Shown: positions 38,663 through 46,304, numbered from the stretch's first letter. The stretch is 64,000 nucleotides of DNA from Defluviitaleaceae bacterium (GCA_009784615.1 WRBJ01000003.1:19005-83004); one strand, 5' to 3'. Notes: generated by a model not told the origin, from the letters alone. Made by a program: numbers and translations.

Positions 38663-39541
38663 CTAATTAGCATTAATGGCAATACCGCCAATCCTAGTAT
38701 CAATAACAAATAAATCGCCATATTGGCGGTTTTGATAAAGATATCCATCACCAACCGTATGGCTACCCGGTGCCCATAGCTTAATATAACTATGTTTATT
38801 AACCGCAATAACCGATGATGGATGTATCAACATCATATTAATTTGCCTTGCGCTTGCCACTGGCACAAACCCATCGCTAAAATCATAAGCCGTCTTCATA
38901 CGGCTGGTTGGTACAACAACCACCTGCACCTCGTCCAGCATACGCACATTGCGCTTTATGTTGCCGTCGCCTTCAATAACATTCATAACACGGTTAAGCT
39001 CGGCAGATTGTGCAAGCATTTTGTTTACAGCAGGCGTAACGTACAAAATTCTACCTTCCTGCGGAACTTCTTCTTCGTCCATACGTTGCATATACTCATC
39101 AAAAACCTCAAGCACATTTTCACGGTTAAGGCTACGATTATCTGCATTTGCACCCGATGCAATAAAATCTTGATGAACTTTGCTTAAACGATATGCGTCG
39201 GTTTCTGGAATGGCGTGTTCGGTTTCAAAAACATTTGTCAAATTAACCGCCGCCAATACCTGATTGGTTTCGTCAACATCCATAGCATCCACAAAAAATT
39301 CTACATCACGGTCGTGAGCCAATACTTTTGTTAAATTGCCATTTGCCACCGTTTGGCGATTAAACCCGCCATCACGACTATGATTCTTGTAACCTCTTAA
39401 CGCTAAAAATGGAATTTTCACCGTGTTGCCGCCCAAAAAATTGACATTCTCTGTTGTTAAACCGCTTGTTAGTAGCTCACGGTTATATTTCTGTCTTAAC
39501 TCTCCCTCAAAAACACTCGCATAATTAACAAAATTAGCCAT
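38663..39541 (-). CDS. Phage major capsid protein
   Basis: 292 aa with a GAGGAGGAATG RBS. It sits in the expected position after the portal and a small scaffold-like ORF, and is flanked by hairpins on both sides. Confidence 0.65.
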   Translation of the reverse strand: MANFVNYASVFEGELRQKYNRELLTSGLTTENVNFLGGNTVKIPFLALRGYKNHSRDGGFNRQTVANGNLTKVLAHDRDVEFFVDAMDVDETNQVLAAVNLTNVFETEHAIPETDAYRLSKVHQDFIASGANADNRSLNRENVLEVFDEYMQRMDEEEVPQEGRILYVTPAVNKMLAQSAELNRVMNVIEGDGNIKRNVRMLDEVQVVVVPTSRMKTAYDFSDGFVPVASARQINMMLIHPSSVIAVNKHSYIKLWAPGSHTVGDGYLYQNRQYGDLFVIDTRIGGIAINAN

Positions 39542-39610
39542 TACACATTCCTCCTCATATTATATGCTATTCCGCCTGAAGGCGGCTGACAGATTACGGC
39601 CGACAGCCGC

Positions 39611-39862
39611 CTAAACATTCCCAAACCCCTTCGCAATCGCATTTTGCGATTTTTGCACAACACCCAAATCTGCACCAATTTTAAAACCCACAGGCGGCAT
39701 ATTAGCAAGGTTAGGGGCGGTTTCCATACCCTCTGCCAGCTTCGTCAAAGCCACCATCATCACCTCTAGTGTTTCGTTAATCATTTCCAGCTTATCCGCA
39801 AGCTCTTGCCCATCATAAGCCTTGTCATAATGGTTTTCGTACAAATCTTCATAACTTCTCAT
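39611..39862 (-). CDS. Small phage protein (scaffold- or decoration-like)
   Basis: The ATG at 39862 follows GGAGGG. The protein is 83 aa, helical and acidic. Confidence 0.3.
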   Translation of the reverse strand: MRSYEDLYENHYDKAYDGQELADKLEMINETLEVMMVALTKLAEGMETAPNLANMPPVGFKIGADLGVVQKSQNAIAKGFGNV

Positions 39863-39863
39863 T

Positions 39864-41288
39864 TTAATTCCCTCCATTTTTCTGGCACAATCGCCTAATT
39901 TCATCATTTTTTTGTTGTGTTGTCCAAGTATCCCCATACAACTGCTCTAACGCTGTTTCTACAGAAATAATCCCCAACTGCACACCCTTGCCAACGCTTT
40001 CAATCTGGCTGTCAAAGCTGGGTGCGGCATATTCGCCAAATTCCGCTTGCACTTCATAATCCACTGGCACATTTGCATACAACGCATCATTTAATGCCAT
40101 AACAACCCTTGTCAACTGCGCCAAAGCCACTCGCAAGCCGCCAATAATCTTGCCACGGGTATAAAGTGTAGCTTTTTCCTTCTCTCTTTGTGCCATCGCA
40201 TTATCGCTTCGCTTTAAATCAATACCAAGCGTAGACGGCGACAATATGCCCTGTAACGCAATATTAAGAAAATTTGCATAGCTCGCCTCAAACGCCTCCG
40301 TATCAATATGCGGTTGCACCACCTTAATGCTGTTATCCGCCCCTTCTGCCAAATCCATTTCTGTTTGTACAAAGCGGCTTTCAAATGCATTCATAGCCTG
40401 CAATTTGCCATTATGCGGGTTTCTTGGCAACATCTGGGCTGGTATGTATTTTTGTACACGTCCATCACGTAAAGCGTCCACCCATTGGCTAATAATTTCG
40501 TCAATAGCGTCAAAAGCTCCGATTTTGCTGTCAAAAATAGACTTTCCTCTGCCCTCGAATTTAGGATTATCATCAAAAATAAGCGGCACTGCAAGGTTTA
40601 TTCCCAAATTATGCTCCACATCCGCAGGCTTTTCACCAATCACCTCCTCTCCTTTGCCATTGACCAAGCGGTATCTAATTCCTTTGTTTGAATAAATTTC
40701 TTCCAGCACCAACTTGTCATTACGAGCCTGTCCCTCAAAATCCGACAAAAACACCACTTCATATACCCTACCCCGCCGATAATTAAACCTCACCCTATCC
40801 CCACCAAAAAACTCAATAATAGGATGTGGGCTAACCTCGCCATCAAAGCTGATTTTAAAAGCTCCATCGCCCAAAGCCAAAACCTGCCGCACCGCCTTTG
40901 ATAGCAATTTGTTGAAGTCATTTCCATCTGCAATATCTTCCCAATCCGTACGGCCATCACCCTGCGAACACACTTTAACCCCCAAAAAATCCCCAACTGT
41001 TAAATCCGCCAGCGTATCCACAATTAAAGCAGGCAATCCGCTGTGAATTTTGCGTATCTTCGGGTTAGCCCCACCTTGCGACCAAAAAGACCCATTGCCC
41101 ACATAATCGTCCATTTGCCCATAAAAACTAGCCAACTCCGAGCAGTTGCCACGATACCAAATACCATTTCTAATCACCTCCTTTCCAAAATCCATATCTG
41201 ACAAAATTGTATCGTAAAACGGACGAATAATATTCGCCCCTACGATTGTGTTTCCCAACCAATCCCTCATTTTCTTAAACCACCTCAC
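39864..41288 (-). CDS. Phage portal protein (SPP1 gp6-like)
   Basis: 474 aa. The position after terL and the N-terminus (WYRGN..EL..FY) are typical of this portal family. Confidence 0.75.
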   Translation of the reverse strand: MRWFKKMRDWLGNTIVGANIIRPFYDTILSDMDFGKEVIRNGIWYRGNCSELASFYGQMDDYVGNGSFWSQGGANPKIRKIHSGLPALIVDTLADLTVGDFLGVKVCSQGDGRTDWEDIADGNDFNKLLSKAVRQVLALGDGAFKISFDGEVSPHPIIEFFGGDRVRFNYRRGRVYEVVFLSDFEGQARNDKLVLEEIYSNKGIRYRLVNGKGEEVIGEKPADVEHNLGINLAVPLIFDDNPKFEGRGKSIFDSKIGAFDAIDEIISQWVDALRDGRVQKYIPAQMLPRNPHNGKLQAMNAFESRFVQTEMDLAEGADNSIKVVQPHIDTEAFEASYANFLNIALQGILSPSTLGIDLKRSDNAMAQREKEKATLYTRGKIIGGLRVALAQLTRVVMALNDALYANVPVDYEVQAEFGEYAAPSFDSQIESVGKGVQLGIISVETALEQLYGDTWTTQQKNDEIRRLCQKNGGN

Positions 41289-41291
41289 AAA

Positions 41292-42611
41292 TTAAACCTC
41301 CATTTTCATAATTAATTGTTTAAACGGCACAACCCCATATTCCGCACTGTCCAAGCAATCCACGCTATAGCTACCATCATCAACCCTAACCCATTCGCCT
41401 TTTTCCCTCGCTTTCTCGCACCATCTAGCCGCATAAAATGCATCAACCCAAGCCGACAGCTCCTTAGCAACAAGCAGTTTTTTCTTGTTGATAAGGAAAG
41501 AAAAAAGACGTATTCTATCCAGAATCCCGTCTTTTTTATATGAAGGATAAACCGCCGTCCTTATACCACGCCTAGCAAGCTCTTGCGCCAAAGCCGCCCT
41601 AAACATCTTTTCGGCACTTTCGCAAAAAACCGCCCCGCCAAATTCAAACGCCGCAAAATCCTTCATCCACACCGCAATGCAATCCGCCAGCTCCTCAACA
41701 TATTTGGCGTGCGTCATCTCGTTACGTTTGCCCTGCCTATGATAATATCCATCAACCAGCGCAAGCTCGCCATCCGCCGTAATCCCAACCAGCGTGGCAA
41801 CCGTCGCATCACGCCCGCCAACGTCAACCCCAACAGCCATACGCACAAATTTCTTTTGCGAAAGCTCATCCCTTGGCACAATCAACCCCTCGTCAAATCC
41901 GCTATATATCACATCCGCCCCACCGCAACGCAAGCCCAATATATCCCGCCTATACCAAGCCGAAGCCTTGTCATAACTAGCAAGACGGGCACGCAAGTCA
42001 TCCTGATTTAACGCTTTGTTGTCAAACACTGTAAAATGCCCGTAATTAACGCTTTTGTCGCCCTGCACATCAAACCTATCCAAAAACTCCCTGTAAAACC
42101 AATGTCCTTTTTCCTTAGCATTTAAATCCAAAAACACCCGCCGCGTGCGCGCCGCCAGCGTCCTATCAATCGCCTCAAAGAAAAACCCCTTGTTAAGCTC
42201 GTTCGCCTCGCTTAAATAAACACATCCAAAGCTCGCCCCTTTAATCCTCGCCGCATCGCTAGCCTTACCACCCCCTTCAATAATTACCACCTTATCATCA
42301 ACAAAAATCGCTTCTTTACCCTCATACTTCCCTTCCCAGCACCGCCCACCAAAAAAATTCCGCAACCCAAACCCATTACAATCCACAATATTAAGCCTAG
42401 CACAAGCCCTTGTAACCCCCGCAACCAAATGTATCTTCTCTACACTTCGCTCAATCGCCATTGCAAAAGCAATTACATTAAGCACATTTTTACCAGCCCG
42501 CTTGCCGCCTTCTGCCACATTTAACCAGCAATCCAAACTCCTGCGCAAATATTTCCTCTGTCCCACAGAGAACCCTGCATATTCCAAATCATTCCCCCTT
42601 CTACGTAACAA
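41292..42611 (-). CDS. Phage terminase large subunit (PBSX-like family)
   Basis: A Walker A-like GGKRAGKN is near the N-terminus, and the C-terminus carries RNaseH-like nuclease acidic residues (VGVDVGGRDATV). Confidence 0.8.
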   Translation of the reverse strand: MLRRRGNDLEYAGFSVGQRKYLRRSLDCWLNVAEGGKRAGKNVLNVIAFAMAIERSVEKIHLVAGVTRACARLNIVDCNGFGLRNFFGGRCWEGKYEGKEAIFVDDKVVIIEGGGKASDAARIKGASFGCVYLSEANELNKGFFFEAIDRTLAARTRRVFLDLNAKEKGHWFYREFLDRFDVQGDKSVNYGHFTVFDNKALNQDDLRARLASYDKASAWYRRDILGLRCGGADVIYSGFDEGLIVPRDELSQKKFVRMAVGVDVGGRDATVATLVGITADGELALVDGYYHRQGKRNEMTHAKYVEELADCIAVWMKDFAAFEFGGAVFCESAEKMFRAALAQELARRGIRTAVYPSYKKDGILDRIRLFSFLINKKKLLVAKELSAWVDAFYAARWCEKAREKGEWVRVDDGSYSVDCLDSAEYGVVPFKQLIMKMEV

Positions 42612-42639
42612 AAAAAGGCTGAAGCATCAACCTTTTTAA

Positions 42640-42963
42640 TTATTTACTATTTGGATTTACTCTTATAGCAAACAAATATCCAATAGTAGCAGACAAAACA
42701 AAACGCACCGGTTCAACAATCATCATTCTTAATTGTACATCAAAATTAACATCAAGACGACTTATTATAATTTCGCCTGCATAGAACAACACTAAAAATA
42801 TACCGCAGGAACTAAGTATAAACTTACTTATTCTTAGCTTTTCTTTTTCGATTTCGTGACCTCGGTCGGCTTCTTTTTCCTTAGCTTCCCATCCTTTAAC
42901 TTCTTCATAGCTCGGATGTATCATTTCATTAAACGGCTTGTCTTCCTTAATCGGTGCTGACAT
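42640..42963 (-). CDS. Small two-TM membrane protein, candidate toxin partner of the Panacea-domain protein
   Basis: The ATG at 42963 overlaps the upstream gene by 17 nt. A charged N-terminal half is followed by two hydrophobic helices. Confidence 0.4.
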   Translation of the reverse strand: MSAPIKEDKPFNEMIHPSYEEVKGWEAKEKEADRGHEIEKEKLRISKFILSSCGIFLVLFYAGEIIISRLDVNFDVQLRMMIVEPVRFVLSATIGYLFAIRVNPNSK

Positions 42964-43486
42964 CCTCAAAAAACCTCTTTCCGTCTTCTCTAATCTCTGT
43001 ATCCCCAATAATCCAAGAACTTATTTCTCTCATCTTCTTCCAAGCTGTACCCTCTCCGTGGGTCATATCCGAAAGCTCCCAAGCATCAACATTTCTATAC
43101 TTAAGCCAAACTTCGTCAATCACATTTCTAAAAAAATCACTATCCTCATTTACAACAAGAAATTTACCGTCTATTTTTGCATAATTGTTGATAGGTCTCC
43201 ATCTAAAGTTTTTAAAATACTCGTAAACTTCACGTTCTACAGGTCCATACTGCCAAACTTCAAATTTGTTCAAAAATAAAGGAGTTCCGCTTAAATAAAG
43301 GTATCTTGCATATACAAGATAAAGCAGTTTTTGCAATTTCATAGGGGTAATTTCTATTTCATCTCTTTCAGCTCTTTGCAATATATTATTCGACACCATT
43401 AAGGAATTAACCACACAAAACGCCTCCCCTCTCCTTTTGATTTTATTATACTTCAACTTCCAAAACTTTGCAAGAACTTTTTTCAA
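42947..43486 (-). CDS. Panacea domain (DUF4065, GepA/SocA-like) protein
   Basis: The sequence ITPMKLQKLLYLVYARYLYLSGTPLF...FEVWQYGPVEREVYEYFKNF matches the DUF4065 core. A TTG start is inferred. Confidence 0.75.
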   Translation of the reverse strand: MKKVLAKFWKLKYNKIKRRGEAFCVVNSLMVSNNILQRAERDEIEITPMKLQKLLYLVYARYLYLSGTPLFLNKFEVWQYGPVEREVYEYFKNFRWRPINNYAKIDGKFLVVNEDSDFFRNVIDEVWLKYRNVDAWELSDMTHGEGTAWKKMREISSWIIGDTEIREDGKRFFEDVSTD

Positions 43487-43550
43487 ACATAATCACCACA
43501 CATTTTTTAACTATTATTAGCACTATGCTAAAATATATGTTGAGATGAAG

Positions 43551-43901
43551 CTAATTTTGCACTTTACTAATCATCTCCGCCAACATCATATAATCCACCC
43601 CTTTTTCGCTTTTTTCTTCCTCATTACCCCTAGCCCTTTTCTTCATCCACATCTCGACCGCCTTTAGCTCTCCGCCAATAGCCTTGTCAAACAAAATCTC
43701 CTCTACCATAAAATCTGCCGCTACATAATCCACCTGCAAAGCCGCCGCAATATCTTCGTGTTCTTTTTCCCATCGCTTTAGCCTATTTACCGCAACCCGC
43801 ATTTTCTTCGCCACTTGGGCATAATCGCAACCCCATCTGCGCCAACCTGCAATAAGTGCCAAACCATCACGCCGCAACCATCTGTTTAAATCTCTTTCCA
43901 A
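43551..43901 (-). CDS. Phage terminase small subunit-like HTH protein
   Basis: A TTG start at 43901 follows AAAGGAG. HTH-like LIAGWRRWGCDYAQVAKKMRVAVNRLKRW is present. The longer ATG-43961 reading would have to encode the leader terminator hairpin. Confidence 0.5.
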   Translation of the reverse strand: MERDLNRWLRRDGLALIAGWRRWGCDYAQVAKKMRVAVNRLKRWEKEHEDIAAALQVDYVAADFMVEEILFDKAIGGELKAVEMWMKKRARGNEEEKSEKGVDYMMLAEMISKVQN

Positions 43902-43920
43902 AATACCACTCCTTTTTATC

Positions 43921-43951
43921 AAAATAAAACAGACACCCCAAAGGATGCCTG
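43921..43951 (-). terminator. Intrinsic terminator in the leader of the phage-derived cluster
   Basis: The minus-strand RNA reads CAGGCAUCCuuugGGGUGUCUG followed by UUUUAUUUU. It lies between the promoter (-10 at 43996-44001) and the first start codon. Confidence 0.55.
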
Positions 43952-43977
43952 ATTTTTTCAAATAAAATTGCTTTTCT

Positions 43978-44040
43978 TCACTTCTCCACTATACCATTAT
44001 ACCACAGGTGCGACTAACAAACAATCTCATCTTTTTTAAA
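43978..44040 (-). promoter_or_regulatory. Promoter cassette copy 1 (TTGTTT-17-TATAAT with TGn)
   Basis: The minus strand reads TTGTTTgttagtcgcacctgtggTATAAT. The ~62-bp cassette is repeated at 44598-44659 with 3 mismatches and 1 indel. Confidence 0.6.
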
Positions 44041-44047
44041 AAATAAA

Positions 44048-44289
44048 CCCCCGTCATTGCGAGGGCGTAAGGGTATACGACAAGCGCAGATAAAGACTGT
44101 CAAGCAACTTGTTGTAGAGCAAACTAGATTGCTTCGGGGTTCACACCCCTCTTGTCGTAGGAACGTCCCTCGCAATGACGAAGCCCGCCCACTCGTCATT
44201 GCGAGGGCTACCAAATACATAAAGCAATACACATCAAGCCCGAAGCAATCCAGCAAAGGGATGTAGATGTGACAAGGGTATACGACGAA
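44048..44289. repeat. Nested palindromic non-coding element
   Basis: There are three copies of CGTCATTGCGAGGG (44052, inverted at 44167, 44193). An inverted pair GATTGCTTCGGG/CCCGAAGCAATC lies at 44127/44239. The direct repeat AAGGGTATACGAC lies at 44069/44274. Confidence 0.7.
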
Positions 44290-44292
44290 TAC

Positions 44293-44481
44293 AAATAAAA
44301 AATCAGCCCTTTAAGACTGAATGAATAAAGCGCTTGACAAATAGACCTGAAGTGTGTTAATCTACACTTAGGTCTTCGGACTGGGAATTGGGCTTGTCGT
44401 GGTGGGTGTTCTTTGTCGAGAGTTTTACCACCACGACAAGCTATTCTTAAATTCCCGTCCGTGTCTGCCAGGATGTATTAC
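44293..44481 (-). ncRNA. Unassigned ~190-nt small RNA unit (promoter to terminator)
   Basis: The minus-strand promoter is TTGACA-17-TATGAT (44488-44516). A perfect 14-bp stem pairs 44392-44405 with 44428-44441 inside GGGAATT/AATTCCC. A second hairpin lies at 44345-44378, and a terminator hairpin plus U-run at 44293-44320. Confidence 0.45.
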
Positions 44482-44571
44482 ATAACCATCATATACCATT
44501 TAGCGAATTTTGTCAAGGTCTTTTTTTATTTGTTTCACAAAATCCCCCACACAAACAACGTATACACCAGC

Positions 44572-44596
44572 AAAAAAGGAAGTGCAACGCACTCCC
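44572..44596 (-). terminator. Intrinsic terminator directly after promoter cassette copy 2
   Basis: The minus-strand RNA reads GGGAGUGCguuGCACUUCC followed by UUUUUU, roughly 15-35 nt downstream of the predicted start site. Confidence 0.5.
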
Positions 44597-44597
44597 T

Positions 44598-44659
44598 TTC
44601 ACTTTTCCACTCTACCATTATACCATAGGTGCGACTAACAAACAATCTCATCTTTTTAA
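44598..44659 (-). promoter_or_regulatory. Promoter cassette copy 2
   Basis: Nearly identical to 43978-44040, including the TTGTTT-17-TATAAT core. Confidence 0.6.
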
Positions 44660-44693
44660 AATTTTAAAAAATTTTCAAAACTTATTTTGCCTT

Positions 44694-45458
44694 TTATCCT
44701 CTTAACCCACGTTTGCGATAAGCCACAACAAACAATGCAATAAACAGCAACGCATTAGCCGCAACCACCAACAACGCAAAATTCATACCGCTATACATAG
44801 GCAAAATTCCTTCAACCCATTCGCCATATTCATTATAACGCCCTTCAAAAGCCTCACTGCCAATAACAATCTCAATCAAGCTATAAAAAATCTGCCCTGT
44901 AAAAATAACAGTACCAACACGTGCAACCGTATCATTAAACATAGATAAAAACGGCACAAAAGACAACACCATCATAATCGGGCTATATATAGCCGCACAT
45001 TGCTGCACATTTTTGCTAAATAAACCAATAACTGCTCCCAGTACGCTACTGGCAAGCACGCCAAGCATACCAAGCCCCATAAATTGCGCAAACTGCCCGC
45101 CACTAATGCCACCAATCCAAGCAAAAGCCAATAACGGCAACACACTCATTATAATAGTAAAGCTCATAAGCCCAACCAAATACTGCACAGGCTTAACACC
45201 AGCCGTTACCAAAAAGCGCAGACTCTTATACTCGTTATCTTCGGCAATACCGTTTGCCATCATAATAAGCGGTGTCATACCAACAAAAATCATAGCAAAC
45301 TGCATAACAATCATATTGCCCGCCTCAGGGTCCTCTTGCCCCATAAAACTACTAACGACCCAAGCAATAACGGGATACATAATAAACATCAAAGCAATGC
45401 TCATATTTTTAGGAAAATCGTTTAATTGTTTAACAAAAATAGCTTTAACCGCATTCAT
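44694..45458 (-). CDS. ABC-2 type transporter permease
   Basis: A six-TM protein whose start overlaps the stop of the upstream ATPase gene. Confidence 0.65.
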   Translation of the reverse strand: MNAVKAIFVKQLNDFPKNMSIALMFIMYPVIAWVVSSFMGQEDPEAGNMIVMQFAMIFVGMTPLIMMANGIAEDNEYKSLRFLVTAGVKPVQYLVGLMSFTIIMSVLPLLAFAWIGGISGGQFAQFMGLGMLGVLASSVLGAVIGLFSKNVQQCAAIYSPIMMVLSFVPFLSMFNDTVARVGTVIFTGQIFYSLIEIVIGSEAFEGRYNEYGEWVEGILPMYSGMNFALLVVAANALLFIALFVVAYRKRGLRG

Positions 45459-46168
45459 TATAACTTCACCTCCGTCATAACATCACCCGTCAATTTCAAA
45501 AACACCGCTTCCAAATCCGGCACCGTCTTAAAGCTGTCGTGCCTTTCGCAAATCTCTGCGGGTTGCCCATATTCAACAATAGCACCCCTGTGCAACAATG
45601 CAACATTATTGCATAAATTTACAGCTTCATCCATATTATGTGTCGTTAAAAACACCGTACTGCCCCTATCCCGCAAATCCCTAATCAGCTTATGTATGCC
45701 AATAGCAGTGTTGGGGTCAAGATTAGCCGTCGGCTCGTCCAAAAACAGCACCTTTGGCTCGTGCAAAATAGCACGGGCAAGCGCCAGCCTTTGCCGCATA
45801 CCTTTGCTTAGCTTATTAACAGGCTTCTTTGCAGCTTCTGTTAGACCAACGGCCTCTAAAGACTGCGACACCTTAGAAAGCGGCACGCCATATATCCTAG
45901 CAAACAAATTTAAATTCTCTGTACAGCTAAGCCTAGCATAAAGCCCGTCTTGCTCAAGCATAAGCCCAGTATGCATCAAATTTGTGCCAATGTCGTGGCT
46001 TCCGCCATCAGCTTGCAATTGCCCTGCCAAAATATTAATGATAGTAGTCTTACCAGCCCCAGATGGCCCTAAAAGCCCAAAAATCTCGCCATCCTTCGCC
46101 TCAAAACTAACATCATTTAAAACAACTTTCTCCCCAAAGCGTTTAACAACGCCCTTCATATAAATCAT
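45458..46168 (-). CDS. ABC transporter ATP-binding protein
   Basis: Walker A GPSGAGKTT, signature LSKGMRQR and Walker B VLFLDEPTANLD are present. Confidence 0.85.
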   Translation of the reverse strand: MIYMKGVVKRFGEKVVLNDVSFEAKDGEIFGLLGPSGAGKTTIINILAGQLQADGGSHDIGTNLMHTGLMLEQDGLYARLSCTENLNLFARIYGVPLSKVSQSLEAVGLTEAAKKPVNKLSKGMRQRLALARAILHEPKVLFLDEPTANLDPNTAIGIHKLIRDLRDRGSTVFLTTHNMDEAVNLCNNVALLHRGAIVEYGQPAEICERHDSFKTVPDLEAVFLKLTGDVMTEVKL

Positions 46169-46249
46169 TTTCCCACCATCCTTTTTTAAACTTTTATCAC
46201 TATACCACAAATACTACACCACATCAACTACTTTTTTTAAAAAAACCTC

Positions 46250-46278
46250 TTGACAAACCAAAACATATGATATATAAT
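46250..46278 (+). promoter_or_regulatory. Consensus sigma-A promoter for tRNA-Ser
   Basis: TTGACA-17 nt-TATAAT lies about 27 nt upstream of the tRNA 5' end. Confidence 0.6.
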
Positions 46279-46304
46279 GACTTTCGTGCCATAATATATC
46301 TTTT

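Larger units (their letters stand above)
32083..43901 (-). mobile_element. Phage-derived head-tail-holin gene cluster (siphovirus-type); no integrase, repressor, replication or endolysin genes are visible
   Basis: About 18 co-oriented ORFs, tightly packed or overlapping, follow the canonical order terS-terL-portal-capsid-connectors-tail tube-chaperones-TMP-distal tail-holin. Confidence 0.75.

Noticed and set aside
43902-43961. The ATG at 43961 as the start of the first phage-cluster gene (the 136-aa version).
   Set aside because: The extra 20 codons would be encoded by the leader terminator hairpin and U-run, and there is no RBS. A TTG at 43901 has a well-spaced AAAGGAG.
44048-44289. The repeated CGTCATTGCGAGGG units as a small CRISPR array.
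   Set aside because: There are only three copies in mixed orientation with irregular spacing, the units are themselves nested in larger palindromes, and no cas genes are in the window.
44014-44628. ORFs 44014-44256 (-), 44057-44266 (+) and 44413-44628 (+) inside the non-coding island.
   Set aside because: Their sequences are direct read-outs of the palindromes and promoter repeats. None has an RBS, and they span predicted promoters and terminators.
43978-44659. The 62-bp direct repeats as prophage attL/attR sites.
   Set aside because: Both copies lie on the same side of the phage-derived cluster, 620 bp apart, and they contain a promoter. No matching copy was seen near the holin end (about 32080) or in the tRNA-Ser 3' end.
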